Part shown: one piece after another, positions 1-12,300 of the stretch
Position numbering within the stretch: position 1 is the first letter of the stretch
Layout of the letters: every line of letters starts with the position of its first letter
NCBI RefSeq assembly: GCF_037042905.1
Contig: NC_087251.1
Span: forward strand, 25,422,001-25,486,000
Direction: 5' to 3'
Length of the DNA: 64,000 nt
Source: Lytechinus pictus
Taxonomy: Eukaryota
Notes under the pieces: generated by a model
What the model saw: the letters and a program-made list of their open reading frames with translations, nothing else
Database searches by the model: none
Told to the model about the DNA's origin: nothing
Position numbers and translations under genes: made by a program

Positions 1-160
1 GGAGTGTTTAATGAAAGGACTTGTCGGACGTTTTATCCGACAAATCCTGTTTTATCCGACAGTTACCATAGTAACAGTGCCTCTCAGCCAATCAGAATCA
101 AGGAAAGATGTCAGATCTGACATCTTGTCGGACAAAATTGTTGATGAAACGCTCCCCCGG
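1..160. mobile_element. Short palindromic MITE, clipped at window start
   Basis: GGAGTGTTTAATGAA...TTGATGAAACGCTCC inverted ends; core shared with 45154-45316. Confidence 0.55.
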
Positions 161-3100
161 ATGTGCATATAACTGTTTTGAAAAATTAAGCGAAACTTAA
201 AAAGTGTTATAACTTTCTTATTTTACATCCGATTTTGATGACATTTTCAGTGTTATGCTTGTTTGATTTTTCTCTTTCTATTCAAATCAGCTATTTGTTT
301 GGGTGGACTTGTCCTTTAATCGCTCACGACGGCGGTTTTCTGCATTCTTTTAAACTATGATATTTTCTTTCAAGTGAATGATGCATTTTGTTTAAAATTT
401 ATTTTTCATTGCTTAAATTATGACTATTGTATCATTTCTTTGTAAAATATTTATTACCTTTACTCATTCATCATGAATGCAGAAATATAATGAAATAAAA
501 TGAAATAAAAACATTTGATTTAAAAAGAAATGAAAATTTGTTTGATTTGAATAATATTTCGTTAAAAATAATTTGATGACTGCATTTTCTAGCACCTGCA
601 TCAATCATTCCATCCCCTTGGTCAGTTAGTAGGTAGGTAGGTAGGTCGGGATGATCGTTTAAATCAGCATGTAACCCCTAGATTTCTTTAAAGTATACAT
701 CCAAAGAATCAAAAGTATTTTATAATGACTTTATGTGGTCATCATTGTAAAGGGGAAGTATTACTAATCAGATATATAACTTCACTTTTCAAAATAGTGA
801 TCAGAGATTGCAGAAATCAGCTCTCAAAAATGATTTATTTTCATGCCATATTTCTGCCTTCCATCGGTCCTCTTGCGAGCTCCAGCTGAGTGACGTCACA
901 CAATGAGCAGTGAGCAGCTGAGCTGACAGCAGCCCATTGGAGACGATCTTTCCAATCAGCGTTTTTTGCTCTTAAATTGTTTATTCCTCTTAAGATTGGT
1001 CTTGTTATATAGATAAAAGTTTGAATTTACTGAACAGTGAAAAAAAGTGCACATTTAACGTATTTTAGTAACCGATATTTAGCTTAGAATTTTTTTTTTT
1101 CAAGAAATATATGTGAATAAACAAAGCATATTTTCACGTAGAAATCACACTTGCGTCACATTAATGTTATAGTCAATATAAAGCATAGACATTCTTCTTT
1201 ATGACTGAACAAAAATTATGAAATTTCATTAAGTAGCAAAGTCAGGAACCACAAAAAAAAACACGGCAATATCCATCGCGAAATGACTGAAATTGCAGTT
1301 GAATTGCCGAAGCATTATTAGGAAACAGCGGCGAGCGGACTTTCTTTCATATATCTTAAAAATGCCTCCTGTTAGGGCGATGATATATGGCCAAATGCGT
1401 TGGCCATTGTTTTGTCATGTGCGAGGACCCTGGTTCGAAACTCGGATTTTTTTTTTCTGGGTATTTTTTTTTTATTCCTTCCCCGTCCCTACCCATCTTT
1501 TTTTTCTCTTTTTATTTTCTTGTGAAATTCTATTCAGACCTGTATTTATCAAATCTTGCTTCTTAATTGCTGCTTTTGATTTTCAAGTTCTTGATTAGAT
1601 TATTTCTACTCTTATTTGGGATGGGAGGGGTAGAGTTAAAAGTCAAGTCCACATCAACTAAAAATTATTTGAATAGAGTATATTCCCTTGTTGTTTTTAC
1701 TCAAAACAGTCATATACACAAAACAATGATATGCAAATTAGAGTTGTCACTCACATCACATTCGTTTCTATTTTTTGTGGCATTTTGTTTTTTATTCTTT
1801 GCAGATTTGACGATAGGAAACTCTTCATCTGATCACAATAGGTTATATTTACGGAACTGTTAAAATAGTAAATTTGAATCAAAGTTTTTATGAAATTTCC
1901 TGCAATATCTTGTTATTTTTCTTTAAATTCAAATGAATTTTTGATTGCGTGGACTTCTCCTTTACTCTTAATGTAGGGAATGCATAGCAAAATTTATCCA
2001 GAAACAAAATTGTCTTAGAATATGCAAATCAGTAATTGGACACATGTTCACTTTTCTTTCATCCAGGCCACTTCCTCACATCCACCAGGCTTTCAGTCTT
2101 ATAACAAAAATGATGAACCATCACACAACATTCACAGTGCTTCACAATAAATATTTCACTTCTGTTCATACATGCAATAAATATTGTGGAAAACAAATAA
2201 AAGGCGTACCCATATTCAAATACCGTTTAAAAGGACAAATATATTATACCTTTCGAGAAAAATCAGCACGTTAAATATCTGATAACAAAACATAATTATG
2301 GGGCACTGCAAGAAACTTATGTTCAATTGCAAATCAAGCGTAAGTCTTAAATTCAAATTCAAGCGTAATAAGGTCGAGTTGCATCGCAATTCAACTACAT
2401 GTTTAATCAAAGGACTTACCCTTGATTTGGGACGTGTGATTGAGTATAACATTTCTCGCAAAATGCCCTAGTAACATTAAAATTGTTCTTTCGTTTAAAT
2501 TGTGTGTGCAGCTTGGAATTTTTCAATAGTTAGTAGAGCAACACAACGAAGACTGTCGAGTGGACAAAATCGATCTTTCCAGTTCACAATTCAATAAAAA
2601 ACGGGCAAAATAACACAGTTCTGGTTCCCTTATAGTCTGAAGTTGTCGAAAACAGAATTCGGATGTCACATTACATGAAGAAAACGGTAAATTCGGAAGA
2701 TATTGAAGAGGTCAGTAAGGTGATTCAGTGTATTATGCACAGAGGGATGATGAGCTCGATGATTGTGTGACGTCATTATTCTCGACTGTTTTCACTGCGT
2801 GTTCTGTCGGTCTGGGGACGGCTGGGGGCTTAGAATGGTCTCTAATAATTTCATTTCTTGCATTTCCACGACATCAATAAGACTTTTTAGTGACATATTT
2901 GTGTATAAAAAGACAAGACCTTTCCATTCATATATAATTTGTCTATAATCATCACTTTCGTGAATTTTCTTTGGATGTATACTTTAAGGTTCACCATTGT
3001 CACTCAATCATCCTCACCCTTATCATCTCCATCTTCATTAATACAATTATGAACAGATATCATCATTCTGCTTTATAAATGTATTAAAATAATATCACGA

Positions 3101-3492
3101 GGTTTAATCAGGGGTTGCTATTTTTTCAAGCAAGCTGCTTATAATGACAATCCTCTTACAAATGGTAAAAGTTAAAATTATTAGGTAGTAGATCGTAAAT
3201 GTTTAGAATGATATTTTATTTAGTCCAATTTATTTTCTCTATGATTCATGCCAATATTTTTTATGTAATGAAAAATGCATTATACGAGAAAACAATAAAT
3301 AAAATCATAAACTTAAAAGTGCAAGCAATGTTTCATTTTTTTTACGTTACACTTGAACGCCTCCCATCAACCACTACGGCTACCACATAAAAAAAATACA
3401 TCGATTTTTAATTCTGGATGTAAAAGTCAAGTCTTTAGATATTGTACCAGTTTTCCATTATTTTTAGATATGTCCCCACGTACATGCATATA

Positions 3493-3656
3493 CACTGTAA
3501 AAAAGAAGTGCTAATTTAGCACTTACAGTGCTTGTATAGTGACTGCACTACGAGTGCTGATTTTCTAGTTTAAATTTGAACTAGAAAATCAGCACTGGTA
3601 GTGCAGTCACTATACAAGCACTGGAAGTGCTAAATTAGCACTTCTTTTTTACAGTG
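3493..3656. mobile_element. 164-bp near-perfect palindromic MITE (CACT..AGTG, 2-bp TA flanks)
   Basis: The whole element folds back on itself (CACTGTAAAAAAGAAGTGCTAATTTAGCAC...GTGCTAAATTAGCACTTCTTTTTTACAGTG); homologous to 53711-54454. Confidence 0.85.
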
Positions 3657-4671
3657 TACAACCCTCCCATATAAAGCCCCCCATCCTTTTTTCTGATGAA
3701 ATTTCTGCTGCATAGGCTAGAGCCCAAAATAACTGTCTAATTATGACAATAAACAAATAATGCTGCAACAGTCCATCCAAACCCTGTACTTCATGCTGAT
3801 TGCTGTAGACTCCTTTGCATACTAAGGATGGCGCCATTTTCAGGGGCCCCAAACAGGCAAAGGTCAGGGGGAAATGAAATTGCCGATCCGCTGCTTCGCA
3901 AAAAACAGGAGGTTGTCGATAAATCGACACATCATCGCAGTTAAAAACTAGATTTATGCTAACAACTATTTTCAAATAACGCATTCCAGCAGGCAGCACT
4001 GTAGCAATATGTGTCGGTTGAAATTTCTGTTTTTGTATATATATATTTTTTTTACACCTGATATATATATGCAGCTTTAAGTTGGTACATGGGCCTCTCC
4101 ATTTTCACAAAATATAAATCTATACTTTTTAGTGTCAAACTTCTTTAGTTAAATATTATGCTATTTAGTTGTTTTAAGTGTAATGATCGGATGATATATA
4201 TATACTGCATTAACTTAATTATTTTGACCAAACTTTATTTTCCTGATTTGTATTTTGTTAGAAATAAGGAAATGAAATGAAATAACGGTTGTCTGTATAT
4301 AGGATACCCGTTTCTTTGGCATAGAGGGCGATCTGGGTATACCGTTATTTTTTGTATTAATCAAGCTTTGCACAGCACTATTCAAAGCGGATGTGAAGAA
4401 AAGAATAATCCGAATTAACGTTGTTAATCTAATGAGAGTTGGTCTATTAATCATTTTTGCAGAACCCCGATATATGTAAGAATAGCGGCACCGGGCCGGT
4501 TCCCCTTCAAAAATCATTCTGACAAACTAATCAACTAACCAACTAGAGTCGGATCACCACCATAGTTCACCGGGCCATTTCAAAATCCAAACATCCCCCC
4601 AAAATCTGACCAGCGGAATAAAAGAAAAGGGTCAATGATGAAGTTTTGATTTCCGACGATTGAGGATTTTT

Positions 4672-5790
4672 TTCAATTCAATTCAAATAAACATTTATTT
4701 TCTTCCATTTCAAAACATTTTTCATAAACATTAGTTCATACAAAAATCAAATTGTTATGAGGAATATAAATATGTACATGTTTGGTATAAAGAAGAAGGC
4801 GTATACCCTAAAAGCCGAGGCTTGTGACGGGATACGCCTATAGACAGAAATACAATACAAAATACAATACAAAAGAAAGGGCAGAGAAAAGAAGAGAAGG
4901 AAAGGGAACGAGAGAGGGAGACGTGAGCGGGAGGCGGGCATGAATTACTGTATAAAATAGAATGCTTAACAAATGTATCAGTGGGGGCAAAATATAAATG
5001 CCGCAACAACAATTGTCCATGGTTCATGTTAACTTAAAGTCAAAAGGAAACGTAAGTTGGAAAATATTCATATATAAAATGACAGAAGAAGTTTTTTCAT
5101 TTTATACTTAAAGCTAGTTGACGATAGAGATTGTTTTATGTAATCCGGTATTTCGTTCCATATTTTGGGGCCAGTATAACGAATGTTGTGTTGAAAGATT
5201 ATTTTTCTATGTTTGGGAATGAATATTTGATTATTTGAGCGGGTATCAAAATTATGTATGTTGGAAACATGCGTAAACAAATCACGAAATTTGTGTGGAA
5301 TTTGAGAATTTAAACACCTGTAGAGAAACTGACATTGTTGAAGTTTATTGATGTCGTCTAATTTCAACAATTTTAGGGAATGAAACAAATTTTTAGTATT
5401 TGCTAGTGGTATATTGTAATCTGGAGAAATAATACGCACAATTTTATTTTGAAGGGAACATAATTTCTTAAGATGGGTTTGGTATGTGTTCGCCCAGACC
5501 AAATTACAGAAATAAAAATATGGCAAGATTAAAGAGCAATATAATGTACGCAATACAGTTTTAGGCAAGTAAAAACTTAGGCGATGTATTATTCCAATAT
5601 TTTTTTGCAACTTTGTTCTCAATTTCATTTATGTGATGTATCCATGATAAATTACTATCAATAATAACGCCAAGAAATCTTGTATTTTCAACTCTGGGAA
5701 TAATTTGGTTGTTAAGTTTCACCACCGTTACATTATTAAAATCAATGCGCCTTGTGGAGTTACGGAATATAATGTAATTGCATTTTTTTA
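4672..5790 (-). mobile_element. 5'-truncated non-LTR retrotransposon (L2/Crack/CR1-group LINE): RT C-terminus, 3' UTR and (TTGAA)n tail
   Basis: ORF 5068-5628 has LYCSLILPYFYFCNLVW, LQNKIVRII, HNFDTRS and YTGPKIWNEIP. A frameshifted upstream part reads TRFLGVIIDSNLSW. The end at ~4672-4700 has AATAAA and TTGAA repeats on the - strand. Confidence 0.85.
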
Positions 5791-6119
5791 AGGCCCAAGG
5801 ATGAAGTTTTATGAGATGATTGTGGCCTTGTGTCCGAGGGTGTATCTTTAAAAATGATTTTGTTGCTTCTTTATTTCATGTTATTTTTTAATCTTTATCC
5901 AGTTAAAGACTAAAAGCAGGAAAATGTATATAATTATTCATCAAGTGATTTACAGGCCTGCCTAAATATAGGCTTTCTATACTCTATTTCACGGTATCAG
6001 CTGGAGACGTGTGAAGTTGTCAGTTCATGTATTATAATTTATCATGAATTGTTGCAACATTGATATGGAAGAAACAAATAAACGAAGATATTATAGGTCA
6101 ATACGGTTTATGATCACAA

Positions 6120-6327
6120 TTACCAGTTACGGTACCCTCCCCCGGGACGCTCGCCCCCGGGACCCTCCCCTCCCCTGCTCAGTTCTGCAGCCGCGGAGCA
6201 CATCACATATAATATGCACAGGCCATATAGACAAATATCAACAGGCGGTCTTGCCGGTCGGCCGGAGCGCGCGGCCCGCGGCCGCTCGATCATATCATGG
6301 ACCGATCCCATTCTTGACTACGGCGCA
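6120..6327 (+). promoter_or_regulatory. CpG/GC-rich promoter and 5' UTR region of the MULE/SWIM gene
   Basis: GC- and CpG-rich stretch (CCCCCGGGA twice, CCCTCCCC boxes, GCGCGCGGCCCGCGGCCG) in an AT-rich background, directly upstream of the ATG at 6328. Confidence 0.5.
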
Positions 6328-9300
6328 ATGGCTGCCGATGCCACCGAAAGCAGCATAAAATGTCAAGATGTTGAGGCTGTTTACAGGTGCATAGCTGATC
6401 ATGAAGAACGTTACAGGGTTAAATTCATCACTGCACATAAAGATAGAGATTTTGGGAAAATTCACGGTGAGTCCGAACTTATTTTTACCACCATAGTTAC
6501 TGCGGCAGCCCGAACACGTACAGTCGTGTCGAGGTTCCCGCACGGCTGTTTCACAGTGAAAATAAGCTTAGCGCCCCCTTGCGGCCCAAGTGCGCATATG
6601 CATGTAACTTTGTTGTGCCGTAATCTCTGCTGGGGCGATGAAAAAATCTTCGGTGAATGTTGTGGCATTTGGCGCTGACACGACCAACTCTCTCTGTCTA
6701 TCCCCAACAGTTTATTTATTTCGCAAGAATTCCGTGGAGGAAACATTTTTTTCCATGTTTGAAGTCGTAAGTATGGCAATGTGATAATACGTTTTCTGTT
6801 TTTCTCCATTTTGTCATGATGTTTGCGTTTGCATAATCCAATGTAAACTCGCGAATCTGGCCCTAATTATGGAACTTTTTAAAGTCCAAAATTTAAAAAG
6901 TCCGGTTTGTCAGCATTTCGTATTTATTGTAGTTTTGTTTTCAAAGTACTTAAGATTCATCTGGCGTAATTTTTCGTTGGACCCATCAGTAGAATTTATT
7001 TTAGGTTGATTTTTCGGTACAGCACATTCTGCTTGTGTAGGACGTGCGCGCCACTACCCCGGGTGAAGCCGGGCAGGGCCGGGTCGCGGGCCGCCTGGCT
7101 GTGTGGTCAGACACCGCTCATGTACACAGCAGCTCAGCTGCGCTTCGTGAGCTGAGGCTGAGCTAACCCAGGGAACTCCCGCCCGCGCAGCGGCCGGGCC
7201 GGAGCTCGCTGGGTTAAGGCTGAGCTAGCTGAGTGAGACCGAGTGCATTCGCTGTCCATCCATGACCATGTAATGATTTTGCTGCATGCTGCTGAGTGCT
7301 AACTTTGACTCGTGAAAAAGGGTTTTTCACGGTCTGTAGAGCTAGGTCTAGACTCTAATTTTCACAATCATGACAACACTTGCAATGTTTTTTTTTTTTT
7401 TTTGGGGGGGGGGGGGTTTGCATACAAATTTACAATGTTACTTGTATCTGTGATACTGATAGGGCTACATTGACTACACCGCTAGTGACTAGATTCAAGG
7501 TCAGCAGTGCTAGTAGTACTAGTACTAGTAGGCCCTATAGATTCTAGATTTTTTAATTAATTTTTTAGGGTGGGGTAGATTCTGCTTGAGGTTTTTTCAG
7601 ATACATGGGGGGGGGGATTGCATTAAAAATATGCTGTACTGCATAGAGTCTATATGGTGGGGCCAGGGGATCGGGATTGGGTCTGAAATGAAGGATTTTG
7701 TACGAGGAAGTTTATTTATTCCTTCTTTGGTTTTCTCAATCTTTTAATAATCAATACCACGCATTGCTACATTTATTCACAACAATTTACTGTATCGTAC
7801 TATGCACACAGAGGTCAGGTAAATTCTAATTTTCTATTATATCAGACCAAAATATACATTTATTATTATAGTTCATACAAAATTATATGATAGTTATCTC
7901 TGCACTCGCTTCTTTGGTGGCATTTCTTGATTACTAAATTTCATCATAAGATGACTTTCATCTTTCAAAGGTCCTTTCGTCTTTAATATAACATGTCTTC
8001 TGTGTGCACGTTTTTGTACAGGGAAGATTAGCATAAATTCTATTCGTCTTTTTTATCATCATGATAGTTGTTCTCTGGTGAAACAGGTAGTAAAATAATT
8101 GTGACTGGTACTGTAGCTTTTTCTTCTTTTGTTGATTTGAGTGGTGATAAGTCATATTTGACCAATGTCACCAACATAATCTAAAAAATCTCACTTCTCA
8201 CATAATGACATTATTACCAACTAGTCTCAAAAATTGAAGAAAAAATATGTATGTTACATCAGAGGTTAAATCTAAATCATGCCTATATTACATCAGATAA
8301 AAGAAACATCTTAAACAACTGCCAGCTATTTTACTTTTTATATATAAAATTATTAAAAAAAATTATATCACACAATTTTCAGTAATAATCTACACATCTG
8401 TGACGTTACAAAATAGAATAATTAGAAATTTATATCTCCAACATCCTGACTTCTACATTTAATCTTCTTCATTTGTCAGTTGCTTGGCGATGGGATGAGT
8501 CATTTTCTGAAGCAATGAGATGGAAGGAACCTTCAGAGCATCCAATAAACAAGGATTTCTGTGAGGCATTGTGTTTTCCACATTGCAGACCTCTGTATCA
8601 CCAACTTAAATGAGCCTCCACCTGTCCACCATGATCTCCCCCAAACTTAATCCACACCTCTTCTTCAGGAATTGCCCCATCGTGAGTTGTGAGAAATCCA
8701 TTCCTCTGGAAAGATGATGGAACATGAACATACATGTATTGGTAGGTTTTGATGATTTCTGCCAATTAATAGCTTTGGCTATTAAAAAAAAGGCTGGCCT
8801 CCCTCAACATTTTTCAAGATATTTCTATTACTCTTTTTCGTTTGAGTCTACTGGTAATGCAAAATTTAAGGCCACATTTGTGACAATTGGCACAGTTTAA
8901 AAAAAAATAATACAATTATGCAAGTGCATATCAGATCAAAATTTGTTCAAAAACTTGTTTTAGTACAAATCAAATGCTTTATTCTGTCTCCAGCAAAGAT
9001 TTATGATTGTATATATTATTCTCACTTTTGCTGAATTGAATCATGAATCTGGTGGCAGATTATAGTATCTATTGTCATTTAAAGGTTTGAATGATCATGA
9101 ATAATCCTTGGTGGCCATGTCCCTGAGATGAATTTATTGATTTCATGTTCTTTATGATCATTAAAACTATTCAAAATAAAGCAATATTCCGGTGCTAACT
9201 TTTCTTTCTATTTCTGTTGTCTAGCCACCTCCAGTCTGTGACTCTGCTATGGACCTAGCGAATCACTGTCGACTGTCCATGGTTCAAGTGAGGATTGGCA

Positions 9301-12300
9301 AACCTGGTCATTTCTTGATTACCTACAGAATGCAACTGCACCATGCAAAATCTTATGCAGTGATGGAGACACTACCTTTGACTGTGTGAAGATCAGACAA
9401 TGCAATTCCCATTGGTCAGCCCCCCACCCCAAGGAGCCATTCACTGCCAGAGATCTTGAGCCAGGTCTTCAGTGGTTATCCATGGATAAGAAGAACGGAG
9501 ACAATAAAGATAGTGAGGTCAGTATGACATTAATTCTCAGTGAAATTTACCTATTCATCTGTCTGTACTGTGACCAATTAAGGTGCCCATCATTCATCAT
9601 GGCCAACGTCTTTGCTGCATCTCGTTATGTAAATCTCTTTGAATGACTAACAAGAAGAAGCTTTCTTCACATGTATAAGCTGTAAAACATATATACATAA
9701 CAATTTTAATTTCATATTTTGATGGCCATTCACTAGAAGATTTTTCCCCCCGCAATTCAAATTTGGTGCATTTAAAATTCATCTGCCACTATACAGGTTG
9801 AAATAAAATACCCCCACTCACTTGCATGTACACATAGGGGTCATGGCTCGCCAAAATTTTCACCACAAAGAAAAGGGGATAAAAAAGGAAAGGAAAGTAA
9901 AAGGGGTGAAACATATTACTTTCTGAATATTGTGTCAATTGCTATCACAGTTACTATTATTTAAAATGTAAAAAATAGTCAATATGGAAGAAAATGTTTG
10001 AAGATGAGAAATCAAACTATCAAAGTGATTTGGATATCATAAGGAAGGGGATATATATTTTTCCAACTATAAGTAGATCAACATCTATACTTGTAAACCA
10101 TTCTTAAAAATAAAATTCATGTTTCATCAATATTTCAAAGAAATAAACGAGTAGTATATTGCATTTGTACAGGCGATGAGCTTTGAATTAAGATAATTCT
10201 CTCATTTAATTCGCAGTGCTAAGAATTTGCGTTACTTACTGTTCCAGGTATCTTGTTGATTTCCGCGTGACCATCTTCCTGACGCTTCTTCCAAACAATG
10301 AAACTGGAGGCTCTTTCCACGAATCTTGGAATATGTACAATTGAATGTATAGCTGCTTCAAGTGTGATTCCAGCTTTTTCAAGAGCTTCTTGACGTTCTA
10401 CTTCTACTGGCCTTTATTGTAGTTAACATGTCCTGTTAATATTTTTAGGAGGCCAGTTTTGCCACAAACACAGTAAACCTTAAGTTCACATATAGTTAAA
10501 AAACAGGGATTACTTGTAACATCATCTAGGAAAAAGTTCTTGCTACAAATTGGACATGGCGAAACTTTTCATTCATTATGTCTTCAGTATTTACTGAGGT
10601 ACTCACTACAAAAGGAAGTTGGGGTCAAAAGGTCAAGGTTTTGTTCAACTTGGTCACATTCCTTTATTTCTGCATCAATTATGTTCACACTTACTACATC
10701 TGATCCTTGGGTAATACTACATGTACTTTCATTAGGATAATGGGTCAAAGGCCTAATGTTAATAATCAACTGAAAATTACTTAGTCAGGAAAAGTGGCTT
10801 ATTGGATTCCCTATCTTTTGCTCATAATAATTTTTTTTTTCAAATTTAATATTTCTCCATCAAATCTGACAAATTCATTATTTTTTTTATCAATAATTAT
10901 TAAACGATGTCAGTAATAAGAGTTTTAATAAACATGTGCAGTATATGTACCAACATCCATGTGCAGAATATTTGCTGGAAGGGTACATGCTACAGAGAAA
11001 TTTTAAAGTGTGCAACCATAGGATACAGGAAAAAAAGTTATTGCAGTCTTTGATGTACTTTTAAAGATCAAGATAGAATTCACCCAAAACATCTATTAGG
11101 CGTTAGTAGCCGAAAATATCCTAGATTAGTTCAGCATTATTCATCTGGAAGAAGAGACGAGTCAAAGCATTTTAAACAATTTTAAAAGTTGCCTGCGCAA
11201 TAATTGTTTTAATTGTCAATTGATATGCAGTTAGAATTGATCAAATTCTGAATGCAAGCTGACAAATTATTTTAGAAGGAGGGTATTAACATGAATGTAT
11301 TTCAATACAAGTAAGATGTCTCTGGCCGTCTTGCCTGCATTATTATGCAATCCAATATGATTGCATTTCAGAAGTTCGGTATGGAAATGGGTGGATAATG
11401 GAAAAAGTATTTGTAGAGTTAAATGGCACTAATTGAATAATATTAAATTCAATTATTAACCAAAAACAGACTTCTGGAATGTCTCTACAGTTATTATTCA
11501 TGACATGTCTAATCATACTAGACTAGTAGAAAAATGTCAGCCAATACAATATTCAAATTTTCAATTTTTTTTAGTTCCAATAATTTAGATATATTTCACT
11601 TCAAACTTTAATTCAAAGACTACAGGCATCACTTTTTATACGCCCGTCTTGACGGGTGTATTATGGTATCACGCTCGGTGTCCGTCCGTCCGTTAACTTT
11701 TCCTTGTAAACGCGATAACTTCAGTTTAACTTAAAGGGGAATCCAGCCTTGCCCATAAAATGTTGTGTTGGGAAGGAGAAAAATAAAAGAAACAGAATGG
11801 TTAAAGTTTGAAAGAAATCGGATAAGCAATAAGAAAGTTATAGCTCCTTTAAAATTGAGATTACTAATACTATGTAGATTTCAAATTGGCAACTGAGTAA
11901 GTAAATTATGACAAGGGGCAAGGACAACTTTCCCATAGGCCATGTACTTTATTATCAGGGATTAGTGGTTTTTCTCCTAAGTACCCATTCCCCTAGGGCA
12001 GTAATCTAAATATAACCCAGGTAGTAGTATATTGTTTTATGTCCTCATGAAAGAAAAATATAATTTGAAATAAAACTGTTTGGAAAAATGAAATTCTAGC
12101 CATAATATGTATTGGAGTACATGGAAGAGTAGTCCTTGCCTTACATCACTATGACATCCAATATGCGGCCAATTTGAAGTCTCCATGGGTATCGTGATTA
12201 CCAATATTTACAACTTTTAAAAATTCATAACTTTCTTGTTGTTTATCCAATATTGTTCAAACTTTCAGCTATCAACTTGTCTGATTTTTCTTTTCCTTAT

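Noticed and set aside
5068..5628. 186-aa ORF as a host gene
   Set aside because: It is the frameshifted C-terminal part of a LINE reverse-transcriptase ORF.
6552..6558. Perfect RSS heptamer CACAGTG inside the left end
   Set aside because: It is internal, overlaps the TIR, is absent from the right end and has no canonical nonamer at 12 or 23 bp; a single 7-mer is expected by chance.
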